Shown here one piece after another: positions 36,458 through 45,695 of a DNA stretch of 54,116 nt. The DNA is from Deltaproteobacteria bacterium (GTDB taxonomy: Bacteria > UBA10199 > GCA-002796325 > JACPFF01). Each line of letters opens with the position of its first letter. Within the stretch, counting starts at the first letter, position 1. The DNA is taken from assembly GCA_016183125.1 (NCBI GenBank), contig JACPFG010000043.1, forward strand, positions 1-54,116. The letters run 5' to 3'. The notes under the pieces were generated by a model. That model was not told the origin of the DNA and searched no databases. It saw nothing but the letters and a program-made list of their open reading frames with translations. The translations under genes were made by a program, and so were the position numbers.

Positions 36458-39400
36458 ATGTCTTTTGAAAACGGCGAACAGGTGGGAGAGTATCGGATCG
36501 TGCGCGCGAATGTGGCGCACGGTGCCTCCGGCATCCTGCATGAAGCAGTGGATCGGGCGGGCCGGCGGATTGCGCTCAAGGTATTAGATCGCGAGCGATT
36601 GCTCGCCAACTATACCAAGCGACTGCAGGACGAAGGAAGCCCCGTCGAGAGCATTCCGGCGGAGGCGGCGGCCCTCTACGCCGCCGCTGTCACCCAGCTC
36701 AAGAACGAATATGCCACGCTGATCGGGCTCCGGCACCCGAATATTGCCGAGGTCTATCAACTAGGCGCCTATGAGGGCCAGCTCTACATGGCGACAGAGT
36801 TCATCGAAGGGAGCCCCCTGTTCAATTATTGTCTCAAGCGGTTGCCGCAGGAGATGATCCCACTCTTTTGTCAGGCGCTCGAAGGGCTCGCCTTTATCCA
36901 TCAGCGAGGGCTGCTCCATCTGGATATCAAATCGGAGAACTTGTTGGTGCAGGAGGTAGACGGGCAGCCGGTGGTGAAGCTGGTCGATTTTGGGCTTGCC
37001 CGTACACCGGCGGCGTACACCGGGACGATCGTGGGGAGTGTCCCCTACATGGCGCCGGAGATCATTTTGGGCCAGACCGACCGGGTGGACGGGCGGGCGG
37101 ATCTCTTTTCATTCGGGGTCCTGATGTTTCTGTGCGTCACCTGGCGGCAGTTTCCGTTTCCGCTGCGGCGGGGTTTTCGGGGGGACTGGAAGGCGTTGCA
37201 GGCGCTAGTGGCTGCTGAGACCTTGCCGCACCCCCCTTCCCATTATCGCAGTCGGCACCTGCCTACACTTTTTGACGATCTCCTGCCCCGCCTGCTTGCG
37301 CACGAGCCGGGGCAGCGCGGCTACCGCACAGCGCGCGCGGTGATCAATGCTCTCGTTACACAGCAACCAGACGTGTTCGTCGAGACGCAGCCGGTGCTGG
37401 CGGCGTATCTGCGGCCACCGGGGAATCAGCACATCGGGCGTGAACCGGAGCAACAACGGGTGCGGGAGGCACTGGACCACTTGATCGCCGGCCGGCAACC
37501 GGTGCCGGCGTTGGCGATCATCGCGGGAGTGGAGGGGATGGGGAAGAGTCATATTCTCGCCACCGTGGCGCATTGGGCGGAGGCCAACGCCGAGCGGATC
37601 GCGATCCATCGCCTCCAGTTGCCCGCGCCTGACGAGGGCATGGCCGCATGGGTGGCGCAGGTCGAAACGAGTCTGGAAGGGCCCCAACCCGTGCTGCTGT
37701 TGCTCGACGATCTGGACGAGACCTTTTCCCCTCACCCTCCCCCACAAGGGGAAGAGGAAATTGCGCCACAGTCTTCTTCCCCTCCCTTGAGGGGAGGGGA
37801 CAAAGGGGAGGGTGAGCACATGCAACTCCTTTCCCTCCTCCGCGCGCTCACCGCGCCCGATCCGGACGCCACGCTGCGCCCCTTTCCGCCGGTCCTCATC
37901 TACGCCACGATCAATCCCGATCGTGGTCCGCTCGCCGCCGTGTGCGCCGCGCTGGGCCTCTCGGTTCCTTCTCCCCTCGGAGACGGTGTTGCAAGGACAT
38001 GTTCCCCTCCCTTGAGGGGAGGGGATGCAGGGGAGGGTGCGGGGATGAGGGGGACCGTGACGCTCCTGGAGTTGTCGCCCTTTTCCCGTGCCGAGCTGAT
38101 CGCCTATCTCCACGCCACGCCCGCGCTTCACACCCGAGACCTGCCGCCCGCATGGGTGGATCATGTGCTCGCGGTCACCGACGGCATCCCCGCCGAGGTC
38201 GTGGCGCAGTTGGAGGAGATGGATAGTCGCGGCCTCCTGTTTGGTCTTGATGGCGCGATCATCGTCGCCGCCGCCGAGGAGCCGGCGGTGGAGCGATCGC
38301 TCCACGTCCATGTTGCGCAACCGACGCAGGCGCGGTTGCTTGCCCGCTATCAGCAAACGCCCGCGCCCGTGCAGGCGGCGTTGCAGTGCCTGGCGACATG
38401 GTACTGGCAGCCAGTGGCGGGCCCGATGGCCCCCGCGACACTCACCGCCCTGTGCCCGGTCCCGATCGGGAGGCCGGTGTGGGAGGAGCTGCGCCACAGT
38501 GGTTTTATTGCGTCGGCCGGCGTGAAGGAGCCGGTCCCTCAGGAGTCCCCGGCGCCTCCTGCCGTTACTTTCGCTCACCCACTCGCCGCCCCCGTGATTT
38601 ACGCTGCCCTCCCCCCGGCCACGCGCCGCCAGTGGCATCACCGGCTCGCTGAACAGGTGGGGCGCCACGAAAGGGCCGGTTCCCGCCCCCGAAGTGCCAG
38701 CAACGAAGGGGACGTTTCCCGCCCAGATAAAGATGCGCCCAATAGGCAGGAAAGAAGGGAACCGTCCCCGCTCCCGCGCCTGCCCTTCTGGTTCCACACC
38801 GGCATGGCCGGCACCGATTCCACCGCCGCCGCTTGCTTGCTCCGCTGCGCCCGCCACGCCTTGCAGCAGGGGAAGGTATCGTTCGCCCACGTCTGCTGCA
38901 CCGAAGCCCTGGCCCGTTGTGCTCACGCCCGCCCGGCCTTACGTGCGCATACGCATGCGTTGCTGATCGACGTCCTCTATCACGCGGGCCGCCCAAATGC
39001 GGCCGAGAAATTGTTCCAAGAGGCCATCGCTGGGGGTATGGAGCAACAGCTTTCGCGCCCGTGGTTCCTGCAACTTTCCATTCGCGGTATCACACTGGCC
39101 ATTGCCGCACTGCGTTTTGATGACGCCCGGCAACGATTGGTCTCTGCACAGCAACTCGTCGGGGAGAACGAGTCCACTCCCATGACGTTACAACTGGCAA
39201 ATTTGGCGGTACGCCTGGATTACCGAGAGGCGCTGAGCAAAGTCACGGAAGTTCCGTCGCCGCTGTTCGCTTGTGCCGAAGAACGCTTGCGGGCTCTTGC
39301 CGCGCGCGAGACGCTCTTGCCTCAAGCCAATCGCCCACGGATGCGGAATAATGATTTGGGCCGTTTCTTGGTCATGGCCGGTCGGTATGGTGAAGGGGTC

Positions 39401-40102
39401 CCGATCCTTGCCGAACTCCGCCGCCGGCATGTCCAAGCATGCGATCTCTTCGGACAGTTGAAAACAACGCTGGATCTCGCCGAAGCCTGCCGCCTCGCAC
39501 ACGCGTATCGGGAGGCTGAGACCCATGCCCAACACGCCCTTCAACTGGCGCGCCAAACCCGTCAAGGGAAGTGGGTCTTACAAGCTCATAGATTGCTCGC
39601 CAATGGTTACTATGACACCGATCGATATGGGAAGGCCCTGAACGCCTATCGCTGTGCGCTGGCGGCATTAGCGTGCCTTCCCTCTTCAGCGGAGTTTGCA
39701 CAGGTCCGCCTGGAGATCTGGTTACAACTCGGTCAATGCTATAAGGAATTAAGGAAACCGAATGCAGCGCGCACCTTTTTCGAGGCCGTGTTGGTCGCAA
39801 ATCCTCCACCGGAGTACGGCGTGATTACGCACATTCGCCTTGCGGAACTGGCGTGTGAGCGTGCGGAGTATGAAAGGACCAACACGCGTTTAGCGACGGC
39901 AACCGAGCTTTTGAACCTACTTCCGCGTGACCGAACTCTCCCGTACGCGTTCCGCATTGCGATACTCGCCGCCACCGCCGCGTATAAACAGGGGGATCCC
40001 TCGACTGCCGCGACCCATCTGGCTACAGCCGAAGCCTTGGCCGCCCATTCCGCGGCCCGCCAGCAAGAAATCGCCACCTTCAAGGCCACCTTCACAATCT
40101 GA
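36458..40102 (+). CDS. Ser/Thr protein kinase fused to AAA_16/STAND P-loop NTPase and TPR-like C-terminal repeats
   Basis: Kinase motifs are intact: IALKVL, HLDIKSENLL, DFGLAR, PYMAPE. Then GREPEQQRV...IIAGVEGMGKSHIL (Walker A) and VLLLLDDLDE (Walker B). The last roughly 450 aa are helical/TPR-like. 20-nt gap to the upstream pseudokinase gene. Confidence 0.85.
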   Translation: MSFENGEQVGEYRIVRANVAHGASGILHEAVDRAGRRIALKVLDRERLLANYTKRLQDEGSPVESIPAEAAALYAAAVTQLKNEYATLIGLRHPNIAEVYQLGAYEGQLYMATEFIEGSPLFNYCLKRLPQEMIPLFCQALEGLAFIHQRGLLHLDIKSENLLVQEVDGQPVVKLVDFGLARTPAAYTGTIVGSVPYMAPEIILGQTDRVDGRADLFSFGVLMFLCVTWRQFPFPLRRGFRGDWKALQALVAAETLPHPPSHYRSRHLPTLFDDLLPRLLAHEPGQRGYRTARAVINALVTQQPDVFVETQPVLAAYLRPPGNQHIGREPEQQRVREALDHLIAGRQPVPALAIIAGVEGMGKSHILATVAHWAEANAERIAIHRLQLPAPDEGMAAWVAQVETSLEGPQPVLLLLDDLDETFSPHPPPQGEEEIAPQSSSPPLRGGDKGEGEHMQLLSLLRALTAPDPDATLRPFPPVLIYATINPDRGPLAAVCAALGLSVPSPLGDGVARTCSPPLRGGDAGEGAGMRGTVTLLELSPFSRAELIAYLHATPALHTRDLPPAWVDHVLAVTDGIPAEVVAQLEEMDSRGLLFGLDGAIIVAAAEEPAVERSLHVHVAQPTQARLLARYQQTPAPVQAALQCLATWYWQPVAGPMAPATLTALCPVPIGRPVWEELRHSGFIASAGVKEPVPQESPAPPAVTFAHPLAAPVIYAALPPATRRQWHHRLAEQVGRHERAGSRPRSASNEGDVSRPDKDAPNRQERREPSPLPRLPFWFHTGMAGTDSTAAACLLRCARHALQQGKVSFAHVCCTEALARCAHARPALRAHTHALLIDVLYHAGRPNAAEKLFQEAIAGGMEQQLSRPWFLQLSIRGITLAIAALRFDDARQRLVSAQQLVGENESTPMTLQLANLAVRLDYREALSKVTEVPSPLFACAEERLRALAARETLLPQANRPRMRNNDLGRFLVMAGRYGEGVPILAELRRRHVQACDLFGQLKTTLDLAEACRLAHAYREAETHAQHALQLARQTRQGKWVLQAHRLLANGYYDTDRYGKALNAYRCALAALACLPSSAEFAQVRLEIWLQLGQCYKELRKPNAARTFFEAVLVANPPPEYGVITHIRLAELACERAEYERTNTRLATATELLNLLPRDRTLPYAFRIAILAATAAYKQGDPSTAATHLATAEALAAHSAARQQEIATFKATFTI
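37779..37814 (+). repeat. C-run/G-run palindromic element, in-frame copy 1 inside the kinase-STAND gene
   Basis: CCCCTCCC-TTGA-GGGGAGGGG-ACAAA-GGGGAGGG-TG, translated SPPLRGGDKGEG. Same architecture as the DUF559-flanking element (C-run, loop, G-run, short spacer, G-run). Confidence 0.8.
38004..38039 (+). repeat. C-run/G-run palindromic element, in-frame copy 2 inside the kinase-STAND gene
   Basis: CCCCTCCC-TTGA-GGGGAGGGG-ATGCA-GGGGAGGG-TG, translated SPPLRGGDAGEG. Lies 225 nt (75 codons) downstream of copy 1, in the same orientation and frame. Confidence 0.8.
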
Positions 40103-40197
40103 AGCAACCCAAAGATTTTCCGCAACTTTTCCCGTGCCCTGCCGATAACTCTTTGGTGAGGGGAAACCCCCTTGCCAAGCCGATCTGAAAGGCGTAT

Positions 40198-43100
40198 ATG
40201 GCCGAGCCACAGGGGAAGATGATGCGCTCCACCGATAGGCCAACGAAGGTCTGGGGCCGTCGGACGATCCGGTTCGTCGGCGAGGCGATGCTGTTTCTCC
40301 TGACGGCGTGTGGCACATCCTCCCAAAGCACTGGCCCCAGTTCCCAAGACACCCTGTCGAGCCTGATCGACGACGGGTACGTAGATCCACTGAGTGCACC
40401 GAACGTCCCATCAAATGAAAATGCTGGTCCGGGAAGGACGAGTGCCGAGCCCCTTCTGGAACGCGATCGGTCCCATCGGTACGCCGGGTACGTCAAGATA
40501 ATGTTTCATAACGAACCGGGGAACACCACCGACCTCCGCTGGGAACGGGGGGCGTTTGTGGCGCGGAAGTCCGGGGTCGATACGCGCGGACTCAATGCGG
40601 TGCTCCGCAAATACGCGGTTGCGGATGTGCAGCCCGGTGTGGCTGGCGTGACGGAAGCCCAGATGACTGTGGCTTACGCCTACATGGTCCAACACAACAT
40701 CCCCGGCGCGTACGATTGGAATGGATTGTATAAGCTGATGGTCCCCGACGAGACTGCGGCCCAGGCGTGTGCCCAGGCATTGGGAACACTCCCCCTCGTG
40801 CGCGCGGCGTGGGTGCACTTTACTATGCCGGACCTGGGCGGGTTGGACGCGCCCACTCCCGATTTCACGCCGGAGCAGAAGTATCTGCAATCCAATGAGA
40901 GCACGGGCGGCCTCAATGTCGTGGCCGCGTGGAATCCACCATACACCCTCACGGGGGATGGCATTCATATCGAGACCACGGATGATGGCGCCGTGGTGGG
41001 GCATGAGGATTTGCCCCTGACGCAAGGGGATGTCTACATCACGTCATCAGATGCTCTGCAACATGGAACAGCGACGGCGGGGGTGTTGGTCGGCATCAAG
41101 AACGACATCGGGGTCACGGGCATCAGTCATGGTGCGAAGATGCGGATTTGGGATAAGGGACAAGGCGCGAGCGGTGCCGCGCAGCTTGCGTACTATTATG
41201 CCCACCCGGAAGGGGATGGCCCTTTTGCGCGGGAGGGAGACATCCACGTCGTGATGGATCCAGGCTCTTGCGACATGCCGGCCGAAGCAGATCTCGATGC
41301 TTTTCTCGGCATCCAGCAATTGGTGGGGATGGGGAGCCTCGTCGTGGAAGGAGTTGCTAATGCCGGGAAGGCGCTTCACGAATGTGCGCCGAATGAGACG
41401 ATGTGGGGCACTCCTGCCCCCTACCTTACCGAAGACTCCGGCGCGATCCTCGTGGGGGCCTCGGAAGGGGCCTCCCATTATTACAATCCGATCTCCAACT
41501 GTGGCCCCCGCGTGGATGTCTATGCGTGGGGCAAAGAAGTGATCACCACGGGGTACGGCGATTACTTTCCGGGACTCGACCAAAAGACGGAAGAAAACAC
41601 AACGCGCTGGTATAATTATGCCTATTATTGGGGCACCTCGGCCGCGACTGCCCAGATCGGGGGGGTGGTGACCCTGCTGCAGGAGTATGTGCGGAAGCAG
41701 GTCTGTCCCAATCCGGCCCATCAACTCGGTGATCCGGGCCAACTCCGCTGCTACCTCCCCCCGAAGACGATGCGACAATTGCTGAAAGACGCCGGAGCAG
41801 GAAACGAAGCCTTGATGCCCGATCCCGGCAATCCGGGCCAGGCGATCCCCAAGACGGATTGCCCGATCGGCGTCCAACCGGACGTCGGGAAGGCGTTGCA
41901 ACTCCTCGACACGGGCGCCTATGCGCCGGAGGTCAAACTCCTCCCCGCGCATTATCAAGTCGTCTCCGGCATCAGGTACGACATGGACGGGGATGGCCGG
42001 GCGGAGTTGATCAGCTTCAGCCGGGACGGCAAGTGGTACGTGGACCTCTCGGCCACGCCGCCGCCGGACGGGAGCCCTGACGGGTACGGCGCGTGGGACC
42101 TGATCCTGGACCCCTCCGCCTCCGCCGAGGCTTCGGCGGACAAGGGCCCGTTGCCGCAGGGGATGTGGTTCCCCGTCGTGCATGACTACAACTCCGATGG
42201 GCGCGCGGATCTCGCGCTGTACGACAGCAAAAACGGGCGGTGGTATATCCGGTTCACCGACACCGATCTTCTGGCGGGCACGTGGGGCGGATGGGATCGT
42301 GTGCTCGATTACAGCACGGACCCCAATTGGAAATCCTACAGCCGCCCCGTCCCCGGCGACTTCAACGGCGACCACTGGCTAGATCCGGCCCTCACCACCC
42401 CCGATGGCCACTGGCTCATTGATTACGGCGGATTTACCGCGACCCTCGATGTTGCCACCAAGACCGTAGAATACAGCGATACCTGCGGGGCATTCGATGA
42501 AGCCGTGCCGTTCCTCACCGAGGACCAGTTGGCAGCGGCGCCGGGGTGGGCGTATGTGGCGGGTGTTGAGACTAATGGGAATGGCGCTTTTTCCGCTTCC
42601 CTGAGCTATAAAGCGCCCGATGGGGAAACAATTCCAAACGCAGAAAAGATTACCACATGTTATGCATCCCCTGATGGAACTGCCATTTGTTCCACCGCCG
42701 AGCCATTTTTCGATCTCGTCCCCATTGCCCTTGGGGGAATGGATGTCCAATTTATCCCGATACCTGCGGGTACCGGGTGGAGTTTCAAAGGACCGGATGG
42801 CACTTGGAAGTTTGCTGTTGCGTATGGGTGGGCTCCCTCAACCCCGGAAGTGGACTACGGTGGCCTCAGTTGTCGTCCTGCACCAGCGGACTATGATGGC
42901 GATACCGTGGATGACCGAGTCGTCCAATGCGGGACCGAATGGCGCATCGCTTATAGCGGCAGCGCAGAGCAAACCGGCAAAGGGACAATTTTTCCCACGA
43001 ATGCCGACGGATTCCGCATTGTGGAGGAGCCACTGGGCATCCTCGATCCCTTGCCAGGATATGTGTACGGCGGGGGCATTGCCTATCAAGAGCTCAAGGC

Positions 43101-43233
43101 CATTTTTGAGTATTACGGCTATGGGGAAAAGAACGGGACAATTTTCGGCATGAGCCCACCGCCTATCGGTCCCTATTTCCCACAATGCCTGAAGTATTGG
43201 GCCGTGCCTGCCCCAGAATGTCTTTCAAAATGA
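40198..43233 (+). CDS. Subtilisin-like (S8) serine peptidase lipoprotein with C-terminal FG-GAP-like repeats
   Basis: Lipobox in RRTIRFVGEAMLFLLTACG. S8 motifs IETTDDGAVVGHEDL (Asp), HGTATAGVLVG (His), GVANAG (Asn), GTSAATAQIGG (Ser). FG-GAP-like DMDGDGRAELISF, DYNSDGRADLALY, GDFNGDHWLD, ADYDGDTVDD. The start may be 40219/40222 (MMRST). Confidence 0.85.
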   Translation: MAEPQGKMMRSTDRPTKVWGRRTIRFVGEAMLFLLTACGTSSQSTGPSSQDTLSSLIDDGYVDPLSAPNVPSNENAGPGRTSAEPLLERDRSHRYAGYVKIMFHNEPGNTTDLRWERGAFVARKSGVDTRGLNAVLRKYAVADVQPGVAGVTEAQMTVAYAYMVQHNIPGAYDWNGLYKLMVPDETAAQACAQALGTLPLVRAAWVHFTMPDLGGLDAPTPDFTPEQKYLQSNESTGGLNVVAAWNPPYTLTGDGIHIETTDDGAVVGHEDLPLTQGDVYITSSDALQHGTATAGVLVGIKNDIGVTGISHGAKMRIWDKGQGASGAAQLAYYYAHPEGDGPFAREGDIHVVMDPGSCDMPAEADLDAFLGIQQLVGMGSLVVEGVANAGKALHECAPNETMWGTPAPYLTEDSGAILVGASEGASHYYNPISNCGPRVDVYAWGKEVITTGYGDYFPGLDQKTEENTTRWYNYAYYWGTSAATAQIGGVVTLLQEYVRKQVCPNPAHQLGDPGQLRCYLPPKTMRQLLKDAGAGNEALMPDPGNPGQAIPKTDCPIGVQPDVGKALQLLDTGAYAPEVKLLPAHYQVVSGIRYDMDGDGRAELISFSRDGKWYVDLSATPPPDGSPDGYGAWDLILDPSASAEASADKGPLPQGMWFPVVHDYNSDGRADLALYDSKNGRWYIRFTDTDLLAGTWGGWDRVLDYSTDPNWKSYSRPVPGDFNGDHWLDPALTTPDGHWLIDYGGFTATLDVATKTVEYSDTCGAFDEAVPFLTEDQLAAAPGWAYVAGVETNGNGAFSASLSYKAPDGETIPNAEKITTCYASPDGTAICSTAEPFFDLVPIALGGMDVQFIPIPAGTGWSFKGPDGTWKFAVAYGWAPSTPEVDYGGLSCRPAPADYDGDTVDDRVVQCGTEWRIAYSGSAEQTGKGTIFPTNADGFRIVEEPLGILDPLPGYVYGGGIAYQELKAIFEYYGYGEKNGTIFGMSPPPIGPYFPQCLKYWAVPAPECLSK

Positions 43234-43382
43234 AAAACTCGGTCGCTATGTACCCACTCCAGCTGTATTTTCCTTTCATCGACCTTAGTTAACCTATTGA
43301 TTATACAATCTCTTTTCTTTACGCCCCTTGGCACCCTTCTTGCTGTTCCCATTGCAGGAAGCCGTGCTCTGGGGGAGGACTT

Positions 43383-44951
43383 GTGGCACACCGTCGCTTG
43401 TTTGGATGTTGGTTGCTTCTCGTCAGTGGTTTTCTGGCATGGACCCAACCTATTGGGGCAACCGAAGCTGTTGCCATTGACCCGACGAAGGAATGTCTCA
43501 CGCCCATCGCGGTGACCGCCAATGATTTGCAAGTGCCTTCCTTCTCAAAAATCCTCACCGCTTTGAAATATTACCAAAAGTACCTTTCAGGCGACCGGTA
43601 CGTGTTGTGCTTTCAGCCGCCTATCGACCCTCAGACGAATCAGATTATCCCTACTACCACCTCTCAATCTCTGATAATTTCAGGCAAAGACAAACCCCTC
43701 GTGATTTATGGGTTGGCCTTGACGACCTCTAGTGCCTTGGCGCCACTGCTCTCTGTCTCCGGCACCAACATCACCCTCCAGAATCTCACCCTCACCGGCC
43801 CGGGCCCGGCCGTTGTCGGGTCGGTCGGCGTCAAGCTCTCCGGCAGCGGCCATCAGGTCCTCGACTCGAAGATCGCCGGGTTCGCGACGGGTGTGTGGGC
43901 CGACTGCGCGTGGCCCAAGGACACCGTGGGGAGTTACGGGCCCTCCTGCACGATCGGACCGACAAACACGATCGGCGATTCCACCGATGCCACGGGGAAG
44001 AAGCTCGTACAGATCGGCGTCCACGTTCCGAGCACAGGGCAACAGGTGACCGTCACGCAATCAAGCATTACGACGACGGCCGATATTGCCGCGGCACCTG
44101 ATTCCATTGCGGATACCAAACGCATCGTCCTCGATCCGGGAGCGAATGGCGATGTGAAGGCGTTGGCTATTGTGCAGGAACCCCTCGACAAAGCGAATAT
44201 ATGGCAGGCACTCAGTGCTGATCAGACTCTCCTCAGCACTTTGCTCGGCATCCTTCCGGCGCAAGGGACTATTGACCTCTTTAAGGAACCCATCAACTCT
44301 TATGAAGGAAGCGGCGCCATTTTCATGGCGCACTGTGGCGCCATACAAAAAGATCAGAATCACTATCCTCACCTCGCCCTTACCGAAGGAACATGGTTAT
44401 TTGAGTGCAAGCGACTCAACTGGCCATATGATGTAGGAACTGAGAACATTCGCCTCTCGTTGCTCTACACACAAGGCGGGAATTCGGCGCCATATGCCAA
44501 AGCAATCATACGCCGTGAAATTACCCCCAGCATCCCCGCGCCCCTCTCAACCATCCCGGACACCATCGGCGGCGTCGCACCGGAGGGTCCGGCCATCGGC
44601 GGTCCGGGGGAGATCGTGAGTGACGGTGGCAGTGGGGTCATCAGTAGTGGCGGCCTCGGCGGGGGCGGCGAGGTTGTTGCCTTGGGGCCCACCGGTCCCG
44701 AGTCGAGCGCTCCTGCTCCCGGGCCGGGCGACACGACGGTCCCCGATGACAAATCTGGCACCGCCGCCACCGCCAGCGGCATGACCGGCAGCGCCACGTC
44801 GCCCGTGAAGGCCTGCAGCCTAATTCGTTCCCCCGCCCCGCCGTTGGCGGGATCTGCGCCCTCGGTCCTTGGGCTCTTCCTCCTCCTCACCCTTGTGGTG
44901 CTCGGCACCTGCCGCATACGCCACCCAAGGGAACGTTCCACCCCATCGTAA
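43383..44951 (+). CDS. Secreted beta-helix-like protein with Gly/Pro-rich linker and C-terminal Cys + TM + basic tail
   Basis: GGGGGAGG SD 4 nt upstream of GTG 43383. Signal peptide MAHRRLFGCWLLLVSGFLAWTQPIGA. NITLQNLTLTGPG... resembles parallel beta-helix repeats. C-terminus ...KACSLIRSPAPPLAGSAPSVLGLFLLLTLVVLGTCRIRHPRER. Confidence 0.55.
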   Translation: MAHRRLFGCWLLLVSGFLAWTQPIGATEAVAIDPTKECLTPIAVTANDLQVPSFSKILTALKYYQKYLSGDRYVLCFQPPIDPQTNQIIPTTTSQSLIISGKDKPLVIYGLALTTSSALAPLLSVSGTNITLQNLTLTGPGPAVVGSVGVKLSGSGHQVLDSKIAGFATGVWADCAWPKDTVGSYGPSCTIGPTNTIGDSTDATGKKLVQIGVHVPSTGQQVTVTQSSITTTADIAAAPDSIADTKRIVLDPGANGDVKALAIVQEPLDKANIWQALSADQTLLSTLLGILPAQGTIDLFKEPINSYEGSGAIFMAHCGAIQKDQNHYPHLALTEGTWLFECKRLNWPYDVGTENIRLSLLYTQGGNSAPYAKAIIRREITPSIPAPLSTIPDTIGGVAPEGPAIGGPGEIVSDGGSGVISSGGLGGGGEVVALGPTGPESSAPAPGPGDTTVPDDKSGTAATASGMTGSATSPVKACSLIRSPAPPLAGSAPSVLGLFLLLTLVVLGTCRIRHPRERSTPS

Positions 44952-45019
44952 CCGTTCGATATCACTGAGGTTCTCAACACAACATCAGGTTTTATACTTT
45001 GGAAATCCGGCGCAGAAGA

Positions 45020-45059
45020 AATAGGGACAGGCCTGGAAATAAAGGGGCCCGTCCCTATT
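45020..45059. terminator. AATAGGGACAGGCC inverted repeat between convergent genes (possible bidirectional terminator / REP-like element)
   Basis: AATAGGGACAGGCC (45020-45033), 12-nt loop, GGCCCGTCCCTATT (45046-45059), one mismatch. Located between the ends of 43383..44951 (+) and 45104..45559 (-). No clear T-tract. Confidence 0.45.
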
Positions 45060-45103
45060 CCTTGGTGTGCTGCGCTGCCGGACGTATTCCCGGTTCAGAT
45101 GAG

Positions 45104-45559
45104 TTACAGCGGATGGGCCGTGGGGTGCTGCAGGGTTGCAATGGCCTGGTCGTGCGTCTCGACTTTGTCCACGAGCCGATTGATCTTCTGCCCATAGTCC
45201 TTGAGCATCTGCCCATGTCCCTTCAGCAACTGCCCGTGCTCCTTGACGAGCTGCCGTGTTTCAAGCACGGCCGTCTGGGTGCTATGCAACTCCACTTCCA
45301 CCCGGTCCATCCGCTGGGTCAATCCGGTTTCCACCTGATCAATCCGCCGGGTCAATCCCTTGGCGACACTCTCCAAGTGGTCCTTCGCATCCTGCCGCGC
45401 CCATGCAATCTTCTCTTCCAGGTGCGTGCGTGTCCACGTAATTTTTTCTTCCAGGTGCGTGCGCGTTTCTTTCACTTCGGTTAACACCTGGCCGATAGCC
45501 TCCGTGAGATCGGCTTTCGTGATGGGTGCGGCGGCGGTGGCCTGTTTCTTCGTCGCCAT
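45104..45559 (-). CDS. Hypothetical coiled-coil protein
   Basis: Heptad-like, highly charged sequence (LTEVKETRTHLEEKITWTRTHLEEKIAWARQDAKDHLES...RIDQVETGLTQRMDRVEVEL...). ATG 45559 (MATKKQ) is preferred over the listed 45595. Confidence 0.5.
   Translation of the reverse strand: MATKKQATAAAPITKADLTEAIGQVLTEVKETRTHLEEKITWTRTHLEEKIAWARQDAKDHLESVAKGLTRRIDQVETGLTQRMDRVEVELHSTQTAVLETRQLVKEHGQLLKGHGQMLKDYGQKINRLVDKVETHDQAIATLQHPTAHPL
45401..45466 (-). repeat. Tandem 33-nt coding duplication
   Basis: CCATGCAATCTTCTCTTCCAGGTGCGTGCGTGT / CCACGTAATTTTTTCTTCCAGGTGCGTGCGCGT encode TRTHLEEKITW / TRTHLEEKIAW. Confidence 0.8.
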
Positions 45560-45695
45560 GTCCAACTCGTGACACAATACGGCCCGCATGGGCAATCGAA
45601 AAATGCCGGCGGCATTGCCTGTCTCTGCGACAAAGGAGGACCGGCAGGAAGACGTTCCAGTTGACGGGGCGCAGTCTACTTTTCAAGCAGAACTG

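Noticed and set aside
37205-38926. 573-aa ORF on the minus strand
   Set aside because: It lies entirely antisense to the well-supported kinase-STAND gene. Its Arg/Gly/Pro-rich low-complexity translation is typical of spurious open frames in GC-rich DNA, and it has no motifs.
41047-42375. 442-aa ORF on the minus strand
   Set aside because: It is antisense to the S8/FG-GAP peptidase gene and has an Arg/Pro/Gly-rich composition. It is a GC-driven artefact. The same reasoning applies to 2215..2805, 12366..13082, 14512..15186, 26148..26966, 27951..28961 and similar overlapping ORFs.
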